NCBI GenBank assembly: GCA_003661775.1
Contig: QMWT01000001.1
Coordinates: 1,199 to 65,198 of the forward strand
DNA length: 64,000 nucleotides
Source of the DNA: Thermoprotei archaeon
GTDB lineage: Archaea > Thermoproteota > Thermoprotei_A > Sulfolobales > Ignisphaeraceae
Reading direction: 5' to 3'
A program made the position numbers and the translations under genes. The notes beneath the pieces are model-generated. The model had not been told where the DNA came from, did no database searches, and worked only from the letters and a program-made list of their open reading frames with translations. This document shows positions 9,558 to 20,382 of the stretch, piece after piece. Position 1 is the stretch's first letter. Each line of letters starts with the position of its first letter.

Positions 9558-10685
9558 CTATAACCTCAGTTTAACCCGGTATTCCTCTAGCTTTCTCTCG
9601 TCTATTTCTACGCCTAAGCCCGGTCTATCTGGAACCTTCGCTCTTGCTCCCTCTATCACTAACCCCTTGACCAGCATGTCTTTAAGGAATTGTGGTCCGT
9701 TTAAGTCGGCAGGCGCTACCAGATCCATAGTTGAGAACAAATGCAGTGCTGCGGTGAAGCCTACTCCGCTCTCCGTCATCCCGCTTCCCATGCAGCTAAT
9801 TCCAGCTGCTTCAGCTAACGCGTATATCTTCAAGGAGGTTCTTATCCCCGATTTCGCCACCTTGAGAACCAGCAGGTCTAGCGCATTCATAGATATGAGC
9901 TTTATTAGGTCGTAGTGCGAGAACAGCGATTCATCTACGGCTATTGGGATTGCGCTTTTCTCTACTATTCTACTCAGACCGTGGAAGTCGAACGTTGGGA
10001 CTGGTTGCTCGATACATATTATGTTCTCCATACTGGATATCTTCCTTAGAAGGAGACGTAGGCTATAGCTAGTATACGCTTGATTTGCATCAAGCCATAT
10101 CAGGCCTTCTGGAACCGCCTCATTCAATGTCTTTACCAACTTGTAGTCCTCCTCAACATCGCCCATTATCTTCAGCTTGAAGCATCTATAGCCCTTCCCC
10201 CACAACTCCCTAGCGTAATCGGCTATGGTATCGGGCGTTCCGGAGATAAGAGCTGATAACTCCACGTAATCATGTATCTTCCCGCCGAGCAATCTGTGGA
10301 TCGGAGCACCCATTAATTTCCCGACTAGGTCGTGCAACGCTATGTCAACCGCAGATTTAGCGAAAGGCTGACCTATGGTAACAGCTGGAGCTATAATCTT
10401 CTCCATTTTTCTATGTATCTTGATTATATTGTATGGATCTTCCCCTACTAGGGCTTCGCTCAGGTACTTCCTTATTGTTGTGTACACGGATTCCATAGTT
10501 TCGTACATCCATGTAGGCATCGGTCTAGCTTCTCCCCATCCTACTTCACCATCACTGGTAACTATTTTGATGTAGATATGTTCTCCAGGTTTCTCAGGAG
10601 CTCCAACGTACCCTCTTGATATCTTGAATGGTCTCACGAACGGTATTTTTAATGGTATGACCTCGACCTCCTTTATCCTCACCAT
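9558..10685 (-). CDS. Mandelate racemase/muconate lactonizing enzyme (enolase superfamily, MLE subgroup)
   Basis: GWGEA, KxK (FKLK), metal ligands in DANQ / EQP / DES, C-terminal PGLGV. Confidence 0.92.
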   Translation of the reverse strand: MVRIKEVEVIPLKIPFVRPFKISRGYVGAPEKPGEHIYIKIVTSDGEVGWGEARPMPTWMYETMESVYTTIRKYLSEALVGEDPYNIIKIHRKMEKIIAPAVTIGQPFAKSAVDIALHDLVGKLMGAPIHRLLGGKIHDYVELSALISGTPDTIADYARELWGKGYRCFKLKIMGDVEEDYKLVKTLNEAVPEGLIWLDANQAYTSYSLRLLLRKISSMENIICIEQPVPTFDFHGLSRIVEKSAIPIAVDESLFSHYDLIKLISMNALDLLVLKVAKSGIRTSLKIYALAEAAGISCMGSGMTESGVGFTAALHLFSTMDLVAPADLNGPQFLKDMLVKGLVIEGARAKVPDRPGLGVEIDERKLEEYRVKLRL

Positions 10686-11503
10686 TATCTCACAACACCA
10701 AACTTCTCCTTGAGGTATTTTAGATTATGCTTGAGTCCTACCATGGGATCCGGTAGTTCAGGGCGCCACCACTTCTCATACTCATCAACTACAAACTTAT
10801 CGTATCCCTGACTTCTAAGGTATTCTATCACAGGATCGTGAGGCACCTCGCCATAACTAAGAAGAACTGCTCTCCATTTACTGTCCTCCTTCTTAAAGTC
10901 GTGAAATTGAAATGCTATTACTTTATTGAGATCCACCTTCTTTAGCTCCTCCAACGGGTTCAGCCCCTCCATGTATATGTGCGCGATATCGTATACTATA
11001 GTAAGAGCATCGCAACCAACCTCCTCGAGTACTAAGTTGCACGTATCGCCAGAATATACTAGTTCTCCGTGCGTCTCTATCCCTATAAGTAGACCTCTAT
11101 CCTCGGCTTCTCTACATACGAGCCTACACATTTCAATGAAGAGCTTCATATTCCTCTCGGTTCTCTCCTTAGTACCCGCGAATATCCTAACGTAAGCTCC
11201 ATTCAGATCTACAGCTAGATCTAGATGAGCTCTTGCCTCCTCTAACGCACGTCTTCTAACATTTGGATCGGGTACAACGAAGTTCCTCCCTAGGTATGTA
11301 TACACACCATAGATTCTAATACCTAAGGATTCGGCGAGTTCAACAAGTCTCTTCCTAAATTCTTTAGGTGCATCGATAAATACATGTCCGTCCTCCCTTA
11401 CTCGAATGTCTACACCATCATAACCTAGCTGAGCTGCTGCCTTTATCGCTTCCTCAGCGCTATAGTTTGGAAAAGCAAGTGTGTAGACAGTGAACTTTAC
11501 CAA
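10685..11503 (-). CDS. Sugar phosphate isomerase/epimerase (xylose isomerase-like TIM barrel)
   Basis: GYDGVDI, ETHG, YDIAH, EYE; start placed at TTG 11503 because the longer ORF overlaps the divergent gene. Confidence 0.85.
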   Translation of the reverse strand: MVKFTVYTLAFPNYSAEEAIKAAAQLGYDGVDIRVREDGHVFIDAPKEFRKRLVELAESLGIRIYGVYTYLGRNFVVPDPNVRRRALEEARAHLDLAVDLNGAYVRIFAGTKERTERNMKLFIEMCRLVCREAEDRGLLIGIETHGELVYSGDTCNLVLEEVGCDALTIVYDIAHIYMEGLNPLEELKKVDLNKVIAFQFHDFKKEDSKWRAVLLSYGEVPHDPVIEYLRSQGYDKFVVDEYEKWWRPELPDPMVGLKHNLKYLKEKFGVVR

Positions 11504-11576
11504 GGGGAACGCCTTTCTTATTTTAAAGTCTCTGTAGATATAAGAGATTATCAACTTCCATAATCTAAGTGTATGT

Positions 11577-12608
11577 GTGAGGGCTACCGTGTTGGGAGGG
11601 GAGAAGATAAAAGTCTTGGTAACCGTGCCAAAGCCCTTGTTGGAGGAAATCTCAAAACCTGAGGATAGAGCGAGACTGGAAAGGTTTGCTGAGGTAGTAT
11701 ACAATGATAAGGATAGAAATCTGACCCAGGAAGAGCTGCGTGAGATGATAAGGGGGGTTGATGCATGTATAACGGGCTGGGGTTCACCAAGATTTACGAA
11801 GGAGGTCTTAGACAACGCTGATAAGCTTAAAATTATAGGTCATGCAGCAGGCAGCGTAAAGCCTTATGTAACTGAAGAGGTCTTCAAAAGAGGGGTAGTT
11901 GTTGTAAACGCAGCAGATGCAATAGCGATCAGTGTAGCTGAATTCACTCTTGCCATGATATTGAACTGCTTGAGGAGAATCCCAGACTTCATACACGCTA
12001 TGAAGAACAAAAATTGGGATTTCAGGAAGCAACATAAGTTCTTTACATACGACTTACGAGGGAAATGCATAGGCGTTGTAGGCTTTGGACGAATTGCAAG
12101 ATATCTTGTGGATCTCTTGAAGCCGTTCGAAGTTGAGATACTAGTCTACGATCCTCATGTTCCTGCGGACACCATTCATAGTTTTGGCTGTAAGGCTGTT
12201 GACCTTGATACACTCCTCAAAGAATCTGACGTCGTTACAATACATGCTGCATTAACAGAAGAGACACACCACATGATTGGAGAGAGGGAGCTAAGACTAA
12301 TGAAGAGAACAGCGTACCTGATCAATACAGCAAGAGGTGCCGTCATAGACGAAAAAGCACTGTTAAAAGCTCTGAAAGAAGGATGGATTGCGGGCGCGGC
12401 CTTAGACGTCTTCGAAAAGGAGCCTCTACCAAAGGAAAGTGAACTGTATGAGCTGGAAAACGTATACCTGACACCCCACATCGCCGGACCGTCTGATGAA
12501 CGTAGACACTCATTGTTTGGAGTCATAGTTGAAGAGTTCGAGCGATTCTTTACCGGTAGAAGTCTTAGGTATAAGGTCGAACCTGAAACATTAAAATTCC
12601 GTGCCTAA
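11577..12608 (+). CDS. D-isomer-specific 2-hydroxyacid dehydrogenase
   Basis: GFGRIA, INTARG, DVFEKEP and TPHIAG motifs. Confidence 0.92.
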   Translation: MRATVLGGEKIKVLVTVPKPLLEEISKPEDRARLERFAEVVYNDKDRNLTQEELREMIRGVDACITGWGSPRFTKEVLDNADKLKIIGHAAGSVKPYVTEEVFKRGVVVVNAADAIAISVAEFTLAMILNCLRRIPDFIHAMKNKNWDFRKQHKFFTYDLRGKCIGVVGFGRIARYLVDLLKPFEVEILVYDPHVPADTIHSFGCKAVDLDTLLKESDVVTIHAALTEETHHMIGERELRLMKRTAYLINTARGAVIDEKALLKALKEGWIAGAALDVFEKEPLPKESELYELENVYLTPHIAGPSDERRHSLFGVIVEEFERFFTGRSLRYKVEPETLKFRA

Positions 12609-12838
12609 GGATTTTCCAACTCATACATAACCTAGACACAGATAGCGCCGCCTTGACACATTCGGCATCGATGAAGTTAGCAGGTAAATAATACCAATTT
12701 CCTATGCATTGATCATAAGGTATTATCGTGTTTCATTCGCTGGAAATATGTTCAACAATATCTGTACTGATTACGGGTGCATGTGGGATTTATCATAGCT
12801 TCGGTTCAAGAATGGAGACTTAAAAATATAGCCAATGC

Positions 12839-13711
12839 CTAAAGCTTCTCAATTCTTCTTATTAACGAGAGTAGATTCTTTATGCACACTTCCGAGGCTT
12901 CTTCGCCCATCTCTGAGAAGGCTGCTCCACCCGGCTTTATCAGCTGTTCCTCGGTAAGCTTCTTCTTGGGTCTCCAATGGGTTTCGAGCGATAAAAAGCC
13001 GTCATATTTATCGTCTATCAATGCCTTTAATTGACCCACATAGTCGACGTCGCCTTCTCCTACTGGACGGGGCTCTGCTTTACCTGGAGCTAGCCTAACA
13101 GCATCCTTGATGTGTATGTGCACTATCCTTCCCCTTACATAGTTGTAACCATCGGGGTACGGAATCTCACCTTCAGGATCTGATATGTCGTTTCCAGGAT
13201 CCCACAATGCCTTTACATAGGCTGGGTTGCCGAGCGCGTCAAGGAATTGTGCTAACCGCCTCCCGTTATTCACATGGGTACTTGGTTCGTTCTCTACAGC
13301 GACCACGACCCCCTCCTCCTTAACTATATCGAGAGGTTCTTCGAATTTCTTCAGTATCAGTGCTAGATAGTTATCGAGCGGACCCTTCCTCCAGAACGTG
13401 AATATCCTTATCAGGTTTGTATCAAGACTTTTTGCAAATTCTATGACCCTTCTTAGAATTGTTATATGCTGCCTATACTCCTCCTCGCTATCCAGATCAG
13501 CTTTAAAGAATGGAGAGGCTATACATGGCACTACCAGACCGTGCCGGTGCAGAATTGTTCGTATCTCGGATGCTTTCTCCACCAGCTCCTGAGGAGGCTT
13601 ATTCCAAACTGTTCGTATCTCAATCCCATCCAAGTTAAACTTCTTCGCAAACTTAGCTACACGCTCTAAATCTTGAGATACCTCATCGCTTATTACCGAG
13701 AGTTTAAACAT
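12839..13711 (-). CDS. Sugar phosphate isomerase/epimerase (TIM barrel)
   Basis: ISDEVSQD, VENE, WDPGN, HIHIKD, SLETH. Confidence 0.88.
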   Translation of the reverse strand: MFKLSVISDEVSQDLERVAKFAKKFNLDGIEIRTVWNKPPQELVEKASEIRTILHRHGLVVPCIASPFFKADLDSEEEYRQHITILRRVIEFAKSLDTNLIRIFTFWRKGPLDNYLALILKKFEEPLDIVKEEGVVVAVENEPSTHVNNGRRLAQFLDALGNPAYVKALWDPGNDISDPEGEIPYPDGYNYVRGRIVHIHIKDAVRLAPGKAEPRPVGEGDVDYVGQLKALIDDKYDGFLSLETHWRPKKKLTEEQLIKPGGAAFSEMGEEASEVCIKNLLSLIRRIEKL

Positions 13712-13826
13712 GCCAGCACTCCTATGCTCTAAATTTTAAAACTTTCGATATAAAGATTTTCGAATAGCGTACAAGTCGTTATGTCGGCAGAGTTTTACGT
13801 TCTGAGCCACGAGCTCACCACGCTTC

Positions 13827-14558
13827 TCATCTCATTGTTAAGTTGAGAATCTCAAGAGCTACTATTCTACCCGCGAGATCCCTTAACACATAACGTGTTG
13901 TTATCCATAAATCACTCTTGACCATCGTAAGCGTTATCTCTCCTCCCTCCACAGGTCTTATATCTACGGACCTAACAGTGAAGTACACATGTATAGAGGG
14001 ATAAATAGTTCCTCCGAGCAACACCTTTTCGCTCTTAACCTCGTAATCCATCTGTGTATCACGTGATTCAGCAAGCTCTTCCTTAAGATAGTTTGGAAGC
14101 TGCGAATACGTGCACAGATATATTCTAAGAGCTCCGAGGAGTTCACTAAATAGAGTTTGCGCTACCATATGAGCATCAAAGCCTGTGAAGGTCTTATTAC
14201 CGTTGGGCGTTGTCAGAACAAGCATCTTCACATACATGCTCTTATCTAGCGTCAACATTATTTTAGTACAACCCTCCTCTCCCACAATTTCACATCTATA
14301 TACTTCATCTTCATCACCTTCATATAGACATGATAAAAAGGTTGTGCTATCTTCTTCGCCAGGTCTATGCAGCTTTAGTACCATTGTGAATTCTTTAAAG
14401 TATCTGAGTAATACCAGCGGTTTTTCGCTGAGTCTTAGAGCTCTGCACGTAGATACTTTGGGTATCTGCGAGATGTTGTTGAGGATAAATATGGAGAATA
14501 GCATCACCAGTAGAGAAAGAACTGCTAAGAGCATTGCTTTACCTTTATCATACTCCAA
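13827..14558 (-). CDS. Hypothetical membrane-anchored or secreted protein
   Basis: N-terminal hydrophobic segment; 243-aa ORF. Confidence 0.65.
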   Translation of the reverse strand: MEYDKGKAMLLAVLSLLVMLFSIFILNNISQIPKVSTCRALRLSEKPLVLLRYFKEFTMVLKLHRPGEEDSTTFLSCLYEGDEDEVYRCEIVGEEGCTKIMLTLDKSMYVKMLVLTTPNGNKTFTGFDAHMVAQTLFSELLGALRIYLCTYSQLPNYLKEELAESRDTQMDYEVKSEKVLLGGTIYPSIHVYFTVRSVDIRPVEGGEITLTMVKSDLWITTRYVLRDLAGRIVALEILNLTMR

Positions 14559-14618
14559 GCTACTAACCGTTAGCGTCTATGTTACAAAGATTATTTCTTT
14601 CGATCACAGAGACTATCC

Positions 14619-15227
14619 CTAAATGCTTTTCCTTTCGAATACTTCATGGAAGAAGTACCAAGCAGTAAATACGCCTATCGAGATGCCTAAACCTAGCGAT
14701 ATACCCCACGAAAGCGCGTATTTTACTTCAGGGCTTAGAGCCGTTGCATCGAGTACTAGCACCGTGACCATTAGCGCGCTTAGAAGCACCATAAATCCCC
14801 TAACCTTGGCCACTATCCTCATGTGCACCGTAATCGCGTTCACGATCACAAACACGAATATTACCATGAATACAATGCTTACGAGCTTTGCCAGGAACTC
14901 CAACGCTTTAACAACTTCATTCAAATAATTGGGCACCACGATCATGGACACGGCGTAGATAGCTGCAAAAGCTATCCCTACGTTAATGACTATGAGGATC
15001 AGCGTAGAAGCTCTGACACCTATATTCCTCACATAGGGCTCTAGATAGCTATCGAGCTTCGTTAAATTAACTAGCCACTTCGTAAAACGCGTTAGTATAA
15101 GGCCTGCAGCAAACATCAGCGCTACTACAACTATCGAAAGAGCTATCCTCGGAAATACTGCTGCAAGATCCCTTAGAGCAAGCCTGAAAGCCTCGACTAG
15201 TACGTTACTCAATCTCTCCTCACCCAC
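14619..15227 (-). CDS. Multi-pass membrane protein (resembles the TM region of MscS-associated proteins)
   Basis: About 5 hydrophobic segments; ends in 'GISLGLGISIG'; overlaps the MFS gene. Confidence 0.7.
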   Translation of the reverse strand: MGEERLSNVLVEAFRLALRDLAAVFPRIALSIVVVALMFAAGLILTRFTKWLVNLTKLDSYLEPYVRNIGVRASTLILIVINVGIAFAAIYAVSMIVVPNYLNEVVKALEFLAKLVSIVFMVIFVFVIVNAITVHMRIVAKVRGFMVLLSALMVTVLVLDATALSPEVKYALSWGISLGLGISIGVFTAWYFFHEVFERKSI

Positions 15228-16533
15228 CGCTTAGTAGCGCTATGTAGTAAGCCATCTTTAAAAATAGGAATAAAAGCATCGCAGTACTGCTCAACGCCAA
15301 TAACTGGAGTGTCAGCGTAAGAGCACTTCTAGCAGCAATGATCATAGTGGTGTAGCTAGCAATAGAGGCGTTATAGAGAATCCTGGAGTAGATCCTAACA
15401 TATTTCTCGGGAGCCAGCGCAACCTCTGATATCGAGGTCATGGCGATTATCAGGGATACTAATGCAAGAGCGCTTGACACTATGAATAACGCATCTACGC
15501 CTAGCTGCAACATCGCTAGATACGAGATGAGCGGCCCTACAACTTGCGCCATACCCGATGCCGAGATCAGGAAAAGTGAAGCACGAATAGGTCCCAGGTA
15601 GTACGCAAGACGTGCATACATAAAACCTCCAAAATAGTTTGCACCGCTAAACAGAAGAACGTTAGCAGATGCAAGTAGTATATGCATGTACGGATCGCGG
15701 ATTAAGAATGCAGCTAAAGGTACTAGGGGGAGTAACGCTATAGCAATACGATAACTTTTGAACCCAACTCTTACCCAAACGAACGCCGCCACTATAGTTG
15801 TTAGAGTTTGTACGGTTGATAGAAGTGAGGCTACCCACGTATGCACACTGAGGATCTTCAAGAGGTAGGAGGGCCATGAAATACTTAGTATAGATGATGA
15901 CGCGAGTAAGAATAGCAAGTACAGAAATACTGTAGCTTGCTTCTCGAGGGCTTCACTCGCCGGAGCTGTGCTGGGCTTAGAACGTAGCTTATCTAAATGC
16001 ATGCGTGATAAGACTACTGTTGCCAGCAGCCCGATACCTAAGGCTGTTAAGAGCAGCTCACGAATTTCAGCACCTCCAGCAAGAGCTAGTGTTGCTAGTA
16101 CCTGCGCGACAACACTAGTTGTTGCCGAGAGGGCTGTGCGCCTACTCATAACCTTCTTGACCAGTTCCTCGTTGCCCAAACCCATGATCAGTAGTGTTAT
16201 GAGGAACCCTGTCATAGTAGCAACAGTGATGCCTGCTAAGTACCCTATTAGACCGAGCATTCCTAGGTATGGTATTGAACACCATAGCACTCTCTCAATG
16301 CCGTGCACTAACAACAGGGTTCTGGCGGAGATCCCGCGTGATTGTAGTAGCGAGTACAAGGATCTTATTGTCAAGACAGCGAGTAGATTTCCCAACGCGG
16401 AAAGCAGCAGAAGCTCCTGTACTTTCAAACCTTGAGAGACTAGATACAGCGGGGCTAAGCTTCTACTAACTGCTAAGTAGAAACCTGAGATTGCTGCTTC
16501 CAAAATCAGTATTATTGAGTTCTTGTTACCCAC
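15220..16533 (-). CDS. MFS-like transporter
   Basis: 437 aa with about 12 hydrophobic segments. Confidence 0.7.
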   Translation of the reverse strand: MGNKNSIILILEAAISGFYLAVSRSLAPLYLVSQGLKVQELLLLSALGNLLAVLTIRSLYSLLQSRGISARTLLLVHGIERVLWCSIPYLGMLGLIGYLAGITVATMTGFLITLLIMGLGNEELVKKVMSRRTALSATTSVVAQVLATLALAGGAEIRELLLTALGIGLLATVVLSRMHLDKLRSKPSTAPASEALEKQATVFLYLLFLLASSSILSISWPSYLLKILSVHTWVASLLSTVQTLTTIVAAFVWVRVGFKSYRIAIALLPLVPLAAFLIRDPYMHILLASANVLLFSGANYFGGFMYARLAYYLGPIRASLFLISASGMAQVVGPLISYLAMLQLGVDALFIVSSALALVSLIIAMTSISEVALAPEKYVRIYSRILYNASIASYTTMIIAARSALTLTLQLLALSSTAMLLFLFLKMAYYIALLSGG

Positions 16534-16572
16534 GTATCTCCCTTATAGAGCTTGGCTTCTGTACAACGCCCC

Positions 16573-17994
16573 TTAAACGCCTCTTTCACTCTTCATAAAC
16601 TTTATTATTTTCAATAGTTTCTCCACGGCTTCTACCGCGTTTCTCGCAAAGATGTTGATCATAGGTTCTTTACCCCAATCACCTCTGTGGAACACTAAGT
16701 CAGGTACACTCCCAACTCTTTTTATAGCGATCTCGATGCCCCAAGGAATTGTTGCTCCTTCCCTACGCTTAACCTCCTCCGGTTCTTCACTTCTATCATA
16801 GAAGGATACAACCATGCCCAGCTTCTTCGCAGCTTCCACAATACGCTCATCGTACCTCACATTGAGAGCTGCTCTGACCTCGGGGTCGAACTCCATGGCC
16901 TTAAGGACTGCGCGTGCTAGATGCCTCGATACGCCAAAATCGACTTCACCTGCAGGCTTCATCGTATTGCCGTACCTGACGATCCTACCTTTAACTCCCG
17001 CAACATCATCGAGGCTACGGGCGTAACGTGCAGGGAGTGCCATGACTACGTTCATCTGTACCTCGGGTACGAAGGGAGCGATATCCTCGCCATATCTCAG
17101 CAGTAGCCGAAGCGCTTCTTCAACATTCTTTAAAGTGTTGTATCTCTCCGCAGGTATGTCGACCCATGCTGAAGGGTTCACCGGACAGTGCCCCCTCCCG
17201 ATCTTAGAACCGTACTCTATCGCTAATGTTACGAACCTTTTCGCTACCTCCACCGCCTTTTCGATGCTCTTTCCTTTAGCGAGTTCCGCAGCTATAGCTG
17301 CGGAAAAGCTACAGCCGGTTCCGTGGGTACAGCCCTCTCTTATGCGCGGCACCGCAAATACTCTGAAGTCACCATCAACATAAAGCACGTCAACAGCGTA
17401 AGCCCCCTCTAGATGCCCTCCTTTAACAACAGCGCTCCTCGCACCTAGATCCTCCACAATCTTCTTGGCAGCGATCTTGGCATCATCTATACTCTTGATC
17501 TTAACTCCCGTAAGTCTCTCGGCCTCCATCCTATTAGGAGTTACAACCGTGGCTATGGGTATGAGGATCTCCTTAAGACTCTTAATCGCTTCAGGACGCA
17601 GCAAAGGAGCTCCGCTCTTGGCTACCATTACAGGGTCGACAACTAGAAGGAATTCATACCTCTTCACAGTCTTCGCAACCTCCTCTATTATCGCTGAGTT
17701 GCTGAGCATTCCCGTCTTGGCAGCATCTATACCTAGGTCGTCCGCCACAGCCTCGATCTGCTTGGAGACCATCTCCGGAGGTAAGTCGTGTACCGCACGC
17801 ACCTCATAGGTGTTTTGAGCCGTTACGGATGTTACGGCGACTGTTCCGTGAACTCCAAGAGCAGCAAAAGTCTTTAGATCTGCGGCTATACCCGCACCAC
17901 CACCAGAATCCACGCCGGCTATGGTCATGGCAACCGGTATCTTCCGCGCCAAGGCAACATCACCCCGTAGAGCCCATAGCTTCTTCGATACCAC
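16573..17994 (-). CDS. thiD: Bifunctional HMP/HMP-P kinase and thiamine-phosphate synthase (ThiDN)
   Basis: [16 protein letters not shown] and HGTGC, plus ThiN domain (PEVQMN, GDWGKEP). Confidence 0.93.
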   Translation of the reverse strand: MVSKKLWALRGDVALARKIPVAMTIAGVDSGGGAGIAADLKTFAALGVHGTVAVTSVTAQNTYEVRAVHDLPPEMVSKQIEAVADDLGIDAAKTGMLSNSAIIEEVAKTVKRYEFLLVVDPVMVAKSGAPLLRPEAIKSLKEILIPIATVVTPNRMEAERLTGVKIKSIDDAKIAAKKIVEDLGARSAVVKGGHLEGAYAVDVLYVDGDFRVFAVPRIREGCTHGTGCSFSAAIAAELAKGKSIEKAVEVAKRFVTLAIEYGSKIGRGHCPVNPSAWVDIPAERYNTLKNVEEALRLLLRYGEDIAPFVPEVQMNVVMALPARYARSLDDVAGVKGRIVRYGNTMKPAGEVDFGVSRHLARAVLKAMEFDPEVRAALNVRYDERIVEAAKKLGMVVSFYDRSEEPEEVKRREGATIPWGIEIAIKRVGSVPDLVFHRGDWGKEPMINIFARNAVEAVEKLLKIIKFMKSERGV

Positions 17995-18085
17995 CAGAAG
18001 AAAAACATAGCGGCTACGAACAGCATACAGCTTAACAAAAAATTACAATTTATCTCCAGCTGCAGCTATTTACCGAGGTGAAAAT

Positions 18086-18979
18086 TTGGACGCTGGCGCG
18101 CCTTACATAGGCTTAGGCGATATTATATGGTACCTATTCTTCTTGTGGCTGTTCCTGACATTCTTAACTCCGCAGCTCCGTTATCGGACTCTACAAAGCG
18201 CACGCGCCGAAGTCATAAAGCAACTTGAGCGAAAGCTAGGAGCTAAGGTAGTGACGATGGTTCACAGGCAGGAAAGGATAAGCCTCTTCGGGATACCGGT
18301 CTACAGCTTCATAACCATTGAAGACTCGGAGGCCATCCTCCGGGCAATAAGATCCACGCCTCCGGATACTCCGATCGCGCTTATACTGCACACTCCGGGA
18401 GGATTGGTGTTAGCAGCATCACAGATCGCCATGGCATTGAAGAGGCACCCAGCTAAGAAGATCGTTATAGTTCCCCACTACGCAATGAGTGGGGGAACGC
18501 TGATAGCCTTGGCAGCTGACGAGATATGGATGGACAGAGACGCTGTTCTGGGACCCCTGGACCCACAGTTAGTGCTAGGAGATAGGAGTATTCCTGCACC
18601 CTCGGTTGTCAGGGTTATGAAGTTAAAGGGTATCGATAAGGTTAGTGACGAGACGCTGATCATGGCCGACATAGCAGAGAAGGCGATAAATCAGATGAAG
18701 ATCTTGGTCGAAGAACTTATCAAGGATAAAGTGGGGCCGGATAGAGCGGCAGAAATAGCTGATAAGCTTGTCAGCGGCTACTATACCCACGACTACCCAA
18801 TAACAACAGATGAACTGAGGAAGCTAGGTCTACCAGTACGTGAAGAACTTCCTGAAGAAGTTTACGCATTGATGGAGCTCTATCCACAGGAGGGCATTAG
18901 AAGACCATCCGTAGAGTATATACCTGGTACTCCGCGCAGACTTCACCAACCCTCTTCTCAACGAGGAGCAAAGACCTAA
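18086..18979 (+). CDS. SDH-family Clp-fold serine protease
   Basis: LHTPGG, AMSGGT, THDYPI; N-terminal TM helix. Confidence 0.9.
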   Translation: MDAGAPYIGLGDIIWYLFFLWLFLTFLTPQLRYRTLQSARAEVIKQLERKLGAKVVTMVHRQERISLFGIPVYSFITIEDSEAILRAIRSTPPDTPIALILHTPGGLVLAASQIAMALKRHPAKKIVIVPHYAMSGGTLIALAADEIWMDRDAVLGPLDPQLVLGDRSIPAPSVVRVMKLKGIDKVSDETLIMADIAEKAINQMKILVEELIKDKVGPDRAAEIADKLVSGYYTHDYPITTDELRKLGLPVREELPEEVYALMELYPQEGIRRPSVEYIPGTPRRLHQPSSQRGAKT

Positions 18980-20310
18980 CATGTTTTCATATCAACATTT
19001 TTCACTATCTCACACCAATTCGCAATAACACCTCTTCTACGATACTCGTATATCATGTAAGCAAGCCTTTCCTGCTCCTCCCATTCACCGTAAGCTTTAC
19101 CAACCCCTACGAGCTTGGTCACAACCTTCTTTATTCTCTTATCCACTTTGCCAGGAGGATAGTCGTGAAAAGGAGTTCCCGGTAAGGGCATGAAGGTGTG
19201 TGCATGGATTCTAGCTCCCATAGAAACCAACTTCTCCATAATACTTATGGTCATCTCAACATCCTCCTCATCTTCCCCTGGAAGCCCGAAGATGAAATCT
19301 ACCTCGGGTACAAACCCATATTCTCTCAGGATCTCAACAGCGTTGAGTACATGCTCCACGGTGTGACCGCGGTGTATGCGCTTTAGCACCTTTTCAGAGC
19401 CAGACTGTGCACCAACAATAATCCTTTTATTATCAACGTAACGCTTTAGAATAGCTACACACTCACGATCAACACTATCTGGCCTGACCTCGCTGGGGAA
19501 CGAGCCGAAGAATATTCTTCCACCGTAATCATCGACAAGTTTTCTTAGTTTAAACAGCAGCTCTTCCAAAGCGCTGTAGTTAGGCTTTACACCATCTGGA
19601 CTCTGGTAACCCAGTGAATTTGGAGCTATGAACCTTAGGTCACGGAGACCTGCTTTAAGCATATAATGAGATGCCTCTACCACACTATGCACAGACCTGT
19701 ACCTAGGCTTCCCAAACATGAAGCTTACCTGACAGAAATAGCACGCAGAGGCGCATCCCCTCATTATCTCTATAGGACCAAACCTCCTCCTCCAGTAGGG
19801 AAAAGGTGGGTAATCATCAAGGTTCACAGGCTTAAGTCTCCGCCTAAGCACTACACGCGAATTCTCCATCCAAGCAGTGCCGCATACCCGGGGAACTTCG
19901 CGTGGATTATCCAGAACTCTCCCTAGCAGCTCTATTATCGTAGCTTCACCCTCCCCGTGCACCACTAGGTCAAAACCTATCTTTAGGGTGCCGAGGGGAT
20001 CTCCTGTAGCGTGAGGGCCTCCCGCAACAACCATAAGCTTTCTATCTTTTGGTAGCCGAGCTCTGAACTCCTTGATTAACCTCATCAAGTCTAAAATCTG
20101 TGGGAGCTGTGTTGTCAAGAAGCTTATTCCTAAAACAACAGTTCTGTATCTCCTTGTTAACCTAGATAAGCAGTCAAAGAAGGGTGTACCGCCGAGCTCT
20201 ATAGGTACGACATCGACGGACACCCTGCTCCATTCCACAGCAGCCCATATAGCATTGACCCAGTATCTCCAATTTTTGTAGTAACTTAGCACCAGAGCTA
20301 CCTCCTTCAT
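18976..20310 (-). CDS. B12-binding-domain radical SAM protein
   Basis: GGPHATGD, GEGE, CxxxCxxC (CASACYFC). Confidence 0.9.
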   Translation of the reverse strand: MKEVALVLSYYKNWRYWVNAIWAAVEWSRVSVDVVPIELGGTPFFDCLSRLTRRYRTVVLGISFLTTQLPQILDLMRLIKEFRARLPKDRKLMVVAGGPHATGDPLGTLKIGFDLVVHGEGEATIIELLGRVLDNPREVPRVCGTAWMENSRVVLRRRLKPVNLDDYPPFPYWRRRFGPIEIMRGCASACYFCQVSFMFGKPRYRSVHSVVEASHYMLKAGLRDLRFIAPNSLGYQSPDGVKPNYSALEELLFKLRKLVDDYGGRIFFGSFPSEVRPDSVDRECVAILKRYVDNKRIIVGAQSGSEKVLKRIHRGHTVEHVLNAVEILREYGFVPEVDFIFGLPGEDEEDVEMTISIMEKLVSMGARIHAHTFMPLPGTPFHDYPPGKVDKRIKKVVTKLVGVGKAYGEWEEQERLAYMIYEYRRRGVIANWCEIVKNVDMKTC

Positions 20311-20382
20311 ATTCGATCACTGCTCGGAACGCAATGTCTAATTTTTTCCGTATCCCCTATCTAACCCGGGAGGCGCCACAAA

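Noticed and set aside
11504..11815. N-terminal extension of the 376-aa ORF
   Set aside because: It overlaps the divergent dehydrogenase and the shared promoter; the recognisable domain begins at about 11503.
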